Shown here: positions 53,308 to 63,165 of the stretch, piece by piece
How the letters are laid out: each line of letters begins with the position of its first letter
How positions within the stretch are numbered: the stretch's first letter is position 1
NCBI GenBank assembly: GCA_017477255.1
Contig: JAFUXB010000002.1
Coordinates: 29,996 to 93,995, forward strand
Length of the DNA stretch: 64,000 bases
Direction: 5' to 3'
Source of the DNA: Bacilli bacterium
GTDB taxonomy: Bacteria > Bacillota_I > Bacilli_A > RFN20 > CAG-826
Notes under the pieces: model-generated
The model's input: only the letters and a program-made list of their open reading frames with translations
The model's database searches: none
What the model was told of the DNA's origin: nothing
Made by a program: the position numbers and the translations under genes

Positions 53308-56184
53308 ATGAAAAGATTTATTGCATATTTATTGTTAGGATTAAGTATATTAGTTTCAGTATTTGTTGGATTCGTTCCTACATTTTATAATGTAAACGCA
53401 AGTGCTGATTATTCAGGTGGTAGAGAATTTATTTATTCTATTGCTTTAAAAGAATATGATGAAAAAGGCGATGCCATCAACTATATTAATGGAACTCAAT
53501 CTTATAAAGATGAAAGCCAACTTGCTAGTAGTGTTGATGATGTAATTGATGAATTCAAAAGCAGATTAAGTAAAGCTAATGTTACTAATGTTAAAGTTGA
53601 AAGAATCGATAATGCTAAAGACGATGCTCAAACTGACAAAATCTACAGCATTAGAGTTGCTTATAAAGCTCAATATGAACAACTTTACAATGTTATCAAT
53701 AATTATTTAACTTTTGACTGGAATTTAAGTATTGCAATTACTAAAGATCCATTCAATTTCTCACAATATGTCGATTCAGATGTTAACAATGAACAATTAT
53801 TTGTTAAAAATAGTGCTGAATTAATCGCAACAACTGGTGAATTACCAGTCATTAAGTATGAATTAAAAGATCCACAAAAATTCCATGATGACATCTTTGC
53901 TAAAGTTACTGGTGAAGAAAGTTCAAGTGATTCACACGCTAATTCATTTAATAAAAATGTATTAAGAGCTGACGAAGAAGAAAGTGGACCATCAAATGAT
54001 GACTATATCTATATTGTTAATAACTGGAGCGATAAATATGATTTAACAAAAGCTTTAACAGCTGGTGGAAATTCATATTATACAGACGCAATTAATAACG
54101 TTATTTATAGACTTGATACAACTAACCCATCAAGCATGTTCTATGACTATGATGAAGCTAGTGAAACTAAAGTCTTCCAATATTTAAAACTTGATTATTC
54201 AAAATTCTGCCCAGATTTAAGTTCATTAACTGATCAAGCAGCAGTTCAAAGAATTGTATTTATGTGTGCAAATATCGAAGTTGCCAAATTAAATTCAACT
54301 CCTTATAAATTCAATATCAAATTATTAAATGAATCATATCCAACATTATCATCAACTGAAAATGGTAATAATACAATCAACGCATTCGTTGAAACATTAA
54401 AGAGCAAAGGTACATTAACTTTCTCAACATTCATTATTTCAACTATATTTGCATTCTGCTTAGTATCATTATTTATGGCTTTAAATTATGGTATTGCAGC
54501 AGTTGCAGGTGTTTCAACTGGTACTGGAATTACTTTATTAAGTGCAGCACTAATTTCATTGTTTGGCGTTGAATTTAACGTTGGATCAATTGTTACATTA
54601 ATTATTGTTGCGATTGCATCGATATTCTCAAGTACATTGTTCTTTAAGAAAGTAAAAGAAAATGTTTACATGGGTAAACAACTTAAGAAAGCTTATATAG
54701 ATGCTAGTAAGAAAATGATTGGTTTCCATATTGATGTTCCTGTCGTTTTACTCGCATTTGGTTTAGTTTCTTATTTAATTCCAAACCCAATTACAATGTC
54801 AATTGGTGCCATCTTAATTTTAGGTGCTATCTTCAATGTACTTACTAATTTCTTAGTTATTAGACCACTTTATTGGTTACTTGCTAACTCATCATTTATA
54901 AGTGAACATGTTGGTTTATTAAATATTTCAAAGAAATTAATTCCTGATTTATCAAAAGATGAAAAACCAACATACTTTGATTCATTTAAAACTACTGAAA
55001 AACCAACGAGAAATAGTTTAATTAAAGGTATTGTTGCTTTAGTTTTATTGGTTGGTAGTGTCTTAGCAATTTCATTATCACATGCATTTACTGGAAGTAT
55101 TTATAGAGCAAACGTTTCTTCGAGTGAAAATTCACAAGTTTATATTACTTATAAAGTTTTATCATCAGATGAAACAAAAAAAGGTATGGCTCCAAATACA
55201 ACTTTAGAATCATATGTTTTAGATAATATTTATACTTATGATAACAACACTAAAGGTGCAAAGATTAAATATGAATCCGTAAAAGGAATGTATAGCCAAA
55301 AAACTATTGATGATCTTGGAAACATTCAATTATCATTTACTTATATTGTTAATTTAAAGAGTCAAATTTCATCGAATAATTCATTCATTTTCGAATATGA
55401 ATCAATTAGTAAAGTTGGAACTTTAAATCAAGTTATTGATGAAGCAATTCATTCATCACCTGATTTCAAAATTGAAGCTGCTGATGAATTTACAGTCTAT
55501 TTAGTAGATGTAGTTAATGAGTCAGTTGATACATTAAATAAAGATTTATTGATCCTTTCATTAATTGGTGTTGGAATTTGTACAGTTTATGTACTCTTCA
55601 GATTTGGATTAAGTAAGGCTTTAGTTTCATTATTACTTGTCGGTGGAAGTGCAACAATTTCAGTTGGATTATTCGCAGCAATTGGTAGCGGAGCTTCAAG
55701 CGTTCATACTTTAGGTGTATTAATTATATTTGTTATTGCTTATGGCGTTTTAATGTATCACTTTGGATCACAAAGAGAAATATTAAAAGACAATAAAAAT
55801 ATCTTATTTGGTGCAGATGCAGCAGAAAAGAAGAAAGAATTATTGCTCCAAAGCAATCAATTAAGCATTTCAAGCACACTTGTATCATTAGCAATTTCAT
55901 TAATTTTATTAGTAAGCTTCATTATTTCTAGCTCATTTAAAAATCAAGTTATTATCTTAGCAATTATTGGTTCAGCCTTAATTCTCTTACTTGCTGCAAC
56001 ATTCATATTACCTTTACAAAATCTTAATTCATTCATTTGGACTAAAATTAAAGGTTTATTCAAAAATATGAGTGAAAAGAGAAGTAACAAGAAAGATAAA
56101 GGCAATAAAGACAACAAAAAACAAACAAATAGACCAAAAGATGATGGACCTCAAGAAGCCATCTTCATTGGTATCAATGATTAA
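53308..56184 (+). CDS. secDF: Protein translocase subunit SecDF (fused), divergent
   Basis: 958 aa. One N-terminal TM, a large extracytoplasmic domain, a 5-TM block, another TM with a second extracytoplasmic domain, and a second 5-TM block. This is the 12-TM SecD+SecF layout. The position between ruvAB and recJ matches Bacillus secDF. The call rests on topology and synteny. Confidence 0.65.
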   Translation: MKRFIAYLLLGLSILVSVFVGFVPTFYNVNASADYSGGREFIYSIALKEYDEKGDAINYINGTQSYKDESQLASSVDDVIDEFKSRLSKANVTNVKVERIDNAKDDAQTDKIYSIRVAYKAQYEQLYNVINNYLTFDWNLSIAITKDPFNFSQYVDSDVNNEQLFVKNSAELIATTGELPVIKYELKDPQKFHDDIFAKVTGEESSSDSHANSFNKNVLRADEEESGPSNDDYIYIVNNWSDKYDLTKALTAGGNSYYTDAINNVIYRLDTTNPSSMFYDYDEASETKVFQYLKLDYSKFCPDLSSLTDQAAVQRIVFMCANIEVAKLNSTPYKFNIKLLNESYPTLSSTENGNNTINAFVETLKSKGTLTFSTFIISTIFAFCLVSLFMALNYGIAAVAGVSTGTGITLLSAALISLFGVEFNVGSIVTLIIVAIASIFSSTLFFKKVKENVYMGKQLKKAYIDASKKMIGFHIDVPVVLLAFGLVSYLIPNPITMSIGAILILGAIFNVLTNFLVIRPLYWLLANSSFISEHVGLLNISKKLIPDLSKDEKPTYFDSFKTTEKPTRNSLIKGIVALVLLVGSVLAISLSHAFTGSIYRANVSSSENSQVYITYKVLSSDETKKGMAPNTTLESYVLDNIYTYDNNTKGAKIKYESVKGMYSQKTIDDLGNIQLSFTYIVNLKSQISSNNSFIFEYESISKVGTLNQVIDEAIHSSPDFKIEAADEFTVYLVDVVNESVDTLNKDLLILSLIGVGICTVYVLFRFGLSKALVSLLLVGGSATISVGLFAAIGSGASSVHTLGVLIIFVIAYGVLMYHFGSQREILKDNKNILFGADAAEKKKELLLQSNQLSISSTLVSLAISLILLVSFIISSSFKNQVIILAIIGSALILLLAATFILPLQNLNSFIWTKIKGLFKNMSEKRSNKKDKGNKDNKKQTNRPKDDGPQEAIFIGIND

Positions 56185-56185
56185 T

Positions 56186-56210
56186 AAAAAGGCGAAATGC
56201 CTTTTTATTT
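56186..56210 (+). terminator. Rho-independent terminator after secDF
   Basis: Stem AAAAGGC (56187-56193) / GCCTTTT (56199-56205), loop GAAAT, followed by a T-run. Confidence 0.75.
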
Positions 56211-56219
56211 TAAGGATGT

Positions 56220-57782
56220 ATGAAAACTTTTTTAGATAAATTATTAGAATATTATTCTCTAACTAAAGAGGATTATTTTGAGCTATCAAAAGAAGTTACT
56301 TTAGGCGATGTTCCTGAATATACAAACTTTAAAAACATCGATGAATGCGCTAATTATTTAAAAAAGAAAGCTGAAGCCAATACTAAAATTTTAATATATG
56401 GTGACTATGATTGTGATGGAATTATGTCCACATCAATTATGGTAAATACGTTTTCAAAATTAGGTTATAAAGTTGGTTTTTATATTCCTTTTAGAGAAAC
56501 TGATGGATATGGACTTAATGTAGAAAGAGTTGAATATTTTGCCTCTTTAGGCTATAAACTTTTTGTTTGCGTAGATAATGGAATTGTTCAATATGAAGCA
56601 ATAGATAAAGTTAATGAATTAGGATGTGAATGCGTTGTAATCGATCATCATACTCCTGGTGAAACTTTACCAAATGCAAAATATATTATTCATCCTCAAG
56701 TTAGTGAATTTGGTGATATTAATATGAGTGCAGGATGTGTTTGTAGCTTTGTTTCTAGAGCAATGCTTGGCTATTTTGATAAATATTTATTTACTTTAGG
56801 AGCTGTATCATTAATTTCAGATTTAATGGAATTAAAAGGATATAATCGAACAATTGTTAAAGTTGGATTAGAGTATTTAAATGAAAATATGTTTTCTAAT
56901 CTTGTTTCGCTTCTAGACTCACCAAAAGCAAAGATAGATGAATTTGACTTATCTATGAATATTTGTCCAAAAATTAACGCTGTAGCCCGTTTAATTAACG
57001 ATAATAAGCTTTTTAATATTGTTAGATTATTTATTACTGATGATCCAACATTAATTTCTTCATATAGTAAATGGGTTAAAGCAGTTAATGAAGAAAGAAA
57101 GAGATTAATTACAGAAGTTAGTGAATCAATTAATTTTGTTGATGATTCAAAACATGTTATTTTCCCTATTTTAAAGATGAAAGAAGGTCTAACAGGGCTT
57201 GTTGCAAATAAAATAATGGAAAAATACAATAAACCTGTATTTGTTTGTGTAAAAGAAGCTAATAATCCTAATATATATAAAGGAAGCGCAAGATCAAAAG
57301 ATAATTTCTCGGTTGTAGAGTTTTTAAACGATAATTCTGATTTATTTTTAACTTTTGGTGGACATAAAAATGCTGGTGGATTTAGTTTTAATAAAGAAAA
57401 CTATGATGAAGTTGTAAAAAGAGCAGATGAATACGCTATTAATCATCCATTTGTTGAAAATAAATTAGATAAATATGTAGAAGTTAATTTAAATGAAATT
57501 AACAATGAAAATTATGATATTTTAATGACTTTTGGACCATTTGGACAAGGTAATCCATATCCAGCTTTTATGATTAAAGGGTTCATGGTTGATTCATTTA
57601 ATTATAGTGCTGATAAAAGACATATTATAACAAAAATATCGATGAATTCTTCAATTTGTTATTTTAATTACAACTCTGAAATACTTGATTATACTAAAGT
57701 TAATTTAATTGGAAAGTTTAATTTAAATATATTTAATGGAAGAAAATCTGTTCAATTTATTGTTTTTGATTACGAAAATTAA
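56220..57782 (+). CDS. recJ: Single-stranded-DNA-specific exonuclease RecJ (short form)
   Basis: DHH motifs GDYDCDGIMS, VDNG and VIDHH. DHHA1 motif GGHKNAGGF. 520 aa. Confidence 0.9.
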   Translation: MKTFLDKLLEYYSLTKEDYFELSKEVTLGDVPEYTNFKNIDECANYLKKKAEANTKILIYGDYDCDGIMSTSIMVNTFSKLGYKVGFYIPFRETDGYGLNVERVEYFASLGYKLFVCVDNGIVQYEAIDKVNELGCECVVIDHHTPGETLPNAKYIIHPQVSEFGDINMSAGCVCSFVSRAMLGYFDKYLFTLGAVSLISDLMELKGYNRTIVKVGLEYLNENMFSNLVSLLDSPKAKIDEFDLSMNICPKINAVARLINDNKLFNIVRLFITDDPTLISSYSKWVKAVNEERKRLITEVSESINFVDDSKHVIFPILKMKEGLTGLVANKIMEKYNKPVFVCVKEANNPNIYKGSARSKDNFSVVEFLNDNSDLFLTFGGHKNAGGFSFNKENYDEVVKRADEYAINHPFVENKLDKYVEVNLNEINNENYDILMTFGPFGQGNPYPAFMIKGFMVDSFNYSADKRHIITKISMNSSICYFNYNSEILDYTKVNLIGKFNLNIFNGRKSVQFIVFDYEN

Positions 57783-57806
57783 AAACTAGAGTAAAATAAT
57801 AATATT

Positions 57807-60032
57807 ATGGAAGAAAAAAGCGAACAAAAGTTTTTAGTTAATGGTGGATATCCTCTTCATACTTTTGAAGAAGTTAAGGAAAGTTATTCAACTTATATCC
57901 ACAATGAAGAAAGTAGGGCTTTAATTGAAAAAGCCTATGATTTTGTTTGCAAAAAACACGCTGGAATATATAGAAAAAGTGGCGAACCATATATTCATCA
58001 TTTAATTGAAGTTGCTTATATTATTGCCAGTTTACAAGCAGGCCCAGTTACTATTGCAAGTGGACTTTTACACGATGTAGTCGAAGATACTGACACCACA
58101 ATTGAAGACATTGAAAAAATGTTTGGTAGTGAATGCGCTAAAATTGTTGATGCTTTAACTAAGATTCAACGCTTAAAACTTTCACATAGAACTCAAGAAG
58201 AATTTGAAGCTGAAGATAGACGTAAAATCTTCCTTGGAATGGCTAAGGATGTACGTGTTATTTTAATTAAACTTGCTGATAGACTTCATAATATGCGTAC
58301 AATCGCATCTTTAAAAGAAGATAGACAACATGCTTTAGCTCAAGAAACATTAGAAGTTTTCGCTCCAATTGCACATAGATTAGGAATTTATAGAATTGAG
58401 AGCGAATTAGAAGATCTTAGCTTAAAGATTATTGAGCCTGAAAAATACAATGAAATAATGAATGCCTTAAATAAAAAGGTTACAAACAGAAAAAAAGCAT
58501 TAGATAAGCTTAAAATTAAGATTGCAAATGCTATTTTAGAGAAAAATATTACATTTGAAATTGAAAGTAGAGTTAAGTCAATTTATTCAATTTACAAGAA
58601 AATGTACATCAAAAACTATAGTTTTGATGAAATTTATGATGTTTTAGCCTTAAGAATCATTACAGAGACTGAAATTAACTGTTATGAGATTTTAGGTATT
58701 ATTCATGCTGAATTTAAACCAATTCCAGGCAGATTTAAAGATTACATCGCAGTTCCTAAACCAAATATGTATCAATCATTACATACATCAATTATTGCTG
58801 GCGATGGAAATGTCTTTGAAGTTCAAATAAGAACAAAAGAAATGGATGAAATCGCAGAAACTGGTGTTGCTGCACACTGGAGATATAAAGAAGGCGTCAA
58901 ATATAACGCTAAAAAAGAGCAAGAAGAGATAGAAGAACGTTTACACTGGTTTAGAGACTTTGTTTCAATGTCTGATAATAACGATGAATCTGCTAAAGAT
59001 TACATGGAAAACTTAACAAAAGACGTTTTTGAAGCAAATGTTTATGTTTTTACACCAAAAGGAAAGGTTATTGATTTACCAAATGGATCAACTCCATTAG
59101 ATTTTGCATATCGTATTCATACAAAAGTTGGAGAACAAGCAGTTGGAGCACTTGTAAATGGCGCTTTAGTTCCATTAAGTTATGTCTTAAAAACAGGAGA
59201 TGTTGTTGATATTAAAACATCAAAATCATCAGCTGGACCTAATGAAGGATGGCTAAATTTTGTTCGTACAAACAATGCAAAAAACAATATTAAAAAGTTT
59301 TTAACAAAGAAAAATAATGAACTTTTAAAAGAAGATAAAATCAAGAAAGCAAGACAAATTATTGCTGATTTTTGTAAAGATTATGAGCTAAATGAAGAAG
59401 ATTTTATCAGCCAAATAAATACTGAAAATGTACTAAATAACTACCAATGTAAAACTTTTGAAGATTTACTGATTGCAATTTGTAATAAAAACGTAACTCT
59501 TTCAAGTATTTGTGACTTATTAAAAATTAAACGTCAAAATGTTCACAAATTAAACCTTTCTAACAAGGCTGGAATTGAAAATGATGAGTACCCAGTTTAT
59601 GCTGAAGGTGCAAGTGGAGATTTACAAATTACACTTGGTGCTTGTTGCTCACCAATTCCAGGTGATGAGATCATTGGATACGTCACAAAGGGTAAAGGAA
59701 TCACTGTTCATAGATGTGATTGTAACAATGTTAAGAATTTAAAGAACCGTTTAATCAATGTTTATTGGAAAGAAAACATCGATCATCATGTTTATCCTGT
59801 AAATATTATATGCGAATGCTATGATAGAGCTAATTTATTAATCGATATAATCAACACTTTAAGTGCAAATAAGGTTAAAGTAACAGAAGTTAGTGCAAAA
59901 ATGCATCCTGAGACTTTAACATCATCAATTTTCTGCCAAATTTACGTTTCAAATTTCGGAGAATTACAAAAAATCTTTAATTCTTTGAAAAATGTACGTG
60001 GTGTTTACAATATTAAGCGACAAAATCACTAA
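57807..60032 (+). CDS. relA: Bifunctional (p)ppGpp synthetase/hydrolase Rel
   Basis: HD hydrolase domain (HHLIEVA...LLHDVVEDT), synthetase domain (RVKSIYSIYKKM, YQSLHTS), TGS (VYVFTPKG) and ACT-like C-terminus. 741 aa. Confidence 0.95.
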   Translation: MEEKSEQKFLVNGGYPLHTFEEVKESYSTYIHNEESRALIEKAYDFVCKKHAGIYRKSGEPYIHHLIEVAYIIASLQAGPVTIASGLLHDVVEDTDTTIEDIEKMFGSECAKIVDALTKIQRLKLSHRTQEEFEAEDRRKIFLGMAKDVRVILIKLADRLHNMRTIASLKEDRQHALAQETLEVFAPIAHRLGIYRIESELEDLSLKIIEPEKYNEIMNALNKKVTNRKKALDKLKIKIANAILEKNITFEIESRVKSIYSIYKKMYIKNYSFDEIYDVLALRIITETEINCYEILGIIHAEFKPIPGRFKDYIAVPKPNMYQSLHTSIIAGDGNVFEVQIRTKEMDEIAETGVAAHWRYKEGVKYNAKKEQEEIEERLHWFRDFVSMSDNNDESAKDYMENLTKDVFEANVYVFTPKGKVIDLPNGSTPLDFAYRIHTKVGEQAVGALVNGALVPLSYVLKTGDVVDIKTSKSSAGPNEGWLNFVRTNNAKNNIKKFLTKKNNELLKEDKIKKARQIIADFCKDYELNEEDFISQINTENVLNNYQCKTFEDLLIAICNKNVTLSSICDLLKIKRQNVHKLNLSNKAGIENDEYPVYAEGASGDLQITLGACCSPIPGDEIIGYVTKGKGITVHRCDCNNVKNLKNRLINVYWKENIDHHVYPVNIICECYDRANLLIDIINTLSANKVKVTEVSAKMHPETLTSSIFCQIYVSNFGELQKIFNSLKNVRGVYNIKRQNH

Positions 60033-60118
60033 TTTTTTCGTTTATTTTGCTCATTAATTCTTTATTTACTTAAAATAATTATTTATAATTATTTAGTAAA
60101 GAAAGGATTTTTTTATTT

Positions 60119-61414
60119 ATGTACGCAGTTTTAAAAGGAACACACGATATTATACTTGATGAAGCTGATTACTATTCGTATATAGAAGAGGTTTTAACGA
60201 GAGTTTGTATTTCTCACAATTATAGAGAATTTAGAACTCCAATTATCGAAAGTAGCGATTTATTCTTACGTTCTGTAGGTGATTCTACTGATATCGTTAG
60301 AAAAGAAATGTATACTTTTTTAGATAAAGGCGAAAGATCAATTACATTAAGACCAGAAATTACTGCAGGATGTGTAAGAAGTATGGTAAATGCAAAATTA
60401 TTTGCAAATATGGATTATCCTGTAAAAGCTTATTATTTAGGTCCTAATTTTAGATATGAAAGACCTCAAAAAGGTAGATATAGACAATTTTTACAATTTG
60501 GTGTCGAATGTGTTGGAAGTACAAGTCCATATAGAGACGCTGAAGTTATTATAATGTTCAATAACGCCCTTAAAATGCTTGGTTTTAATAATTTAAAACT
60601 AAAAATTAATTCATTAGGTGATGAAGAAACAAGAATTAATTATAAAAAAGCATTAAATGAATATTTTGGTCAATACATCGATTCGATGTGTGAAGACTGC
60701 AAAGAAAGATATAAAACTAATATTTTAAGAATATTAGATTGTAAAGTTGAAGCAGATAGAGAAATCATTGGAAAAGCTCCTAAGTTATCAGATTTTTATT
60801 CTGATGAATCTAAAAAATATTTCGATTCAGTCTTATCTTTACTTGATAAAGTTGGTGTTGAATATGAAATCGATAATACTTTAGTGAGAGGCTTAGATTA
60901 TTATACTGGTGTTGTATTTGAATATCACTATACATCAAAAAGTGGTCAAAATTATGGCGCTTTAGGTGGAGGCGGACACTATGGAAAACTTGTTAAAGAA
61001 CTTGGTGGACCAGATCTTGAAGGTGTTGGCTGCGCATTTGGTATTGAAAGACTTGCAAGCGTAATGAAAGATGATAATTTACTCGAAGGAATCGAACAAG
61101 GTTTAGACTTATACATTATGCCTTTAGGTGAAGAAGCTCGTGAATCTTGCTTTATATTATCTAATTTCTTAAGTTTAAACGGATATTCTAATGATGTTTG
61201 CTTAGAAAGTAAAAACTTCTCACAAATGTTTAAAAAAGCAGAACGTAGAAGAGCAAAATATGCAATCATTGTTGGAGAAAACGAAATTAAAAATGATGAA
61301 GTTGTTATTAAAAATTTAGCAACTCAAGAACAAACAAATGTTAAAAACTCAGATTTAATCGAATATCTTGATGAAGAATTTGGTGAACATGATCATGAGC
61401 ACGAAGAGGAATAG
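60119..61414 (+). CDS. hisS: Histidine--tRNA ligase
   Basis: Class II HisRS motifs YYLGPNFRYERPQKGRYRQFLQFG, GGGGHYGKL and GCAFGIERL, plus a C-terminal anticodon-binding domain. Confidence 0.95.
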   Translation: MYAVLKGTHDIILDEADYYSYIEEVLTRVCISHNYREFRTPIIESSDLFLRSVGDSTDIVRKEMYTFLDKGERSITLRPEITAGCVRSMVNAKLFANMDYPVKAYYLGPNFRYERPQKGRYRQFLQFGVECVGSTSPYRDAEVIIMFNNALKMLGFNNLKLKINSLGDEETRINYKKALNEYFGQYIDSMCEDCKERYKTNILRILDCKVEADREIIGKAPKLSDFYSDESKKYFDSVLSLLDKVGVEYEIDNTLVRGLDYYTGVVFEYHYTSKSGQNYGALGGGGHYGKLVKELGGPDLEGVGCAFGIERLASVMKDDNLLEGIEQGLDLYIMPLGEEARESCFILSNFLSLNGYSNDVCLESKNFSQMFKKAERRRAKYAIIVGENEIKNDEVVIKNLATQEQTNVKNSDLIEYLDEEFGEHDHEHEEE

Positions 61415-61416
61415 TT

Positions 61417-63162
61417 ATGGAAAATTTAGTTAGAACACATCATTGTGGAGAATTAAGATTAGCTAATTTAAATGAAAAAGTTACAGTTATTGGATGGGTT
61501 GCAAAAAGACGTAACCTTGGTAGCTTATTATTTTTAGATTTAAGAGATAGATATGGTATCGTTCAAATCTTAATTAAAACCGATGAAATCGAAGTACCTG
61601 AAATTAGAAACGAATATTTACTTCAAGTTGAAGGTGTTGTTAATAAAAAAGATGTTCCTAATAAACAATTAGAAACTGGTGATATTGAAATCGTTGCTAG
61701 TAAGATTAATGTAATTAATACTAGTGAAAATCCACCAATTGTTATAGCTGATGAGACTGATGCTTCAGAAGATATTAGACTTAAATATAGATATCTTGAT
61801 TTAAGAAGACCTATAATGCAAAAAAGATTCATTACAAGGGCAAAAATTGTAAAAGCAGCTCATGAATATCTTGATGCTCACGATTTTATTGAAGTTGAAA
61901 CTCCAATTTTAACTTTATCTACACCAGAAGGTGCCAGAGACTATCTTGTTCCTAGCCGTGTTCATAAAGGTTCATTCTATGCTTTACCACAATCTCCTCA
62001 ACTTTTTAAGCAATTACTCATGGTATCTGGATTTGAAAGATACTATCAAATTGCAAAATGTTTTAGAGATGAAGATTTAAGAGCTGATAGACAACCAGAT
62101 TTTACTCAAATTGATATTGAAACAAGTTTCTTAAGTGAAGATGAAATCTTAACTTTAACTGAAGGAATGATTCAAAAAATTTATAAAGACGTCATTAATT
62201 ATGATGTTAAGTTACCACTTAGAAGAATCCCTTATGATGTAGCAGTTGATGAATATGGAAGTGATAAACCAGATACTCGTTTTGATATGAAATTAAAATC
62301 TTTAAAAGAAGTTTTAAAGAATAATGAAGCTGATTTATTTAAATTAAATAAATATATTAAAGCAATTAAAGCCGAAAACATCGCAGATGTTACATCAAGA
62401 AAAGTTCAAGATGAATATAATTTAACTGCAAATAAATTCAATATGAGATCATTTATTTTCGTAAAATACGTTAATAATGAACTTGAAGGAAGTGTTGTTA
62501 AATTATTAAGTGAAGAAGAAAAGAAAGGTTTAATCGATACTTTAGAACTCAAAAACAACGATTTAGCAATTATTGCTGTTTCAAATATTAAAAAGAATGT
62601 TGATTTTGGTTTAGGTGCTATGAGAAGCCTTTTAGCAAAGAAATTTAATTTAATTAAACCTGATACATATGACATTTTATGGGTTGTTAACTTCCCATTA
62701 TTTGAAAAAAGTGAAGAAACTGGTGAAATTACACCATGCCATCACCCATTTACTAGACCAGTTGATGAAGATTTAGATAAGCTTGAAACTGAACCATATA
62801 AAGTTTATAGCTATAGTTATGATATCGTAATGAATGGCTATGAAGCTGGTGGTGGAAGTTTAAGAATCTACGATCAAGACGTCCAAAAACGTATTTTCAA
62901 AGTTTTAGGATTTACTGAAGAAGATATTAGAAGAAAATTTGGTTTCTTTGTTGATGCTTTAAAATATGGAACACCTCCACATGGTGGTTTAGCTTTTGGT
63001 CTTGATAGACTTACTATGATTTTAAGTGGAACAGATAATATTAGAGATGTTATCGCATTCCCTAAGAATTTGAGTGCAGTTTGTCCAATGTCACAAGCAC
63101 CAAAACCAGTTGATGAAGCACAACTTAAAGATTTAGGTATAGCTGTTATTGAAAAGGAGTAA
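61417..63162 (+). CDS. aspS: Aspartate--tRNA ligase
   Basis: FYALPQSPQLFKQLLM, QIAKCFRDEDLRADRQPDFTQID, GGGSLRIYD and GLAFGLDRL. 581 aa. Confidence 0.96.
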   Translation: MENLVRTHHCGELRLANLNEKVTVIGWVAKRRNLGSLLFLDLRDRYGIVQILIKTDEIEVPEIRNEYLLQVEGVVNKKDVPNKQLETGDIEIVASKINVINTSENPPIVIADETDASEDIRLKYRYLDLRRPIMQKRFITRAKIVKAAHEYLDAHDFIEVETPILTLSTPEGARDYLVPSRVHKGSFYALPQSPQLFKQLLMVSGFERYYQIAKCFRDEDLRADRQPDFTQIDIETSFLSEDEILTLTEGMIQKIYKDVINYDVKLPLRRIPYDVAVDEYGSDKPDTRFDMKLKSLKEVLKNNEADLFKLNKYIKAIKAENIADVTSRKVQDEYNLTANKFNMRSFIFVKYVNNELEGSVVKLLSEEEKKGLIDTLELKNNDLAIIAVSNIKKNVDFGLGAMRSLLAKKFNLIKPDTYDILWVVNFPLFEKSEETGEITPCHHPFTRPVDEDLDKLETEPYKVYSYSYDIVMNGYEAGGGSLRIYDQDVQKRIFKVLGFTEEDIRRKFGFFVDALKYGTPPHGGLAFGLDRLTMILSGTDNIRDVIAFPKNLSAVCPMSQAPKPVDEAQLKDLGIAVIEKE

Positions 63163-63165
63163 TTT

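Noticed and set aside
56771-57229. 152-aa minus-strand ORF antisense to recJ
   Set aside because: It lies entirely within recJ, which has clear DHH/DHHA1 motifs. It has no SD or promoter and its composition is low-complexity.
60033-60118. Possible T-box or other leader upstream of hisS-aspS
   Set aside because: The region is only 86 nt, with no GGTGGTACC-type T-box sequence and no terminator hairpin.
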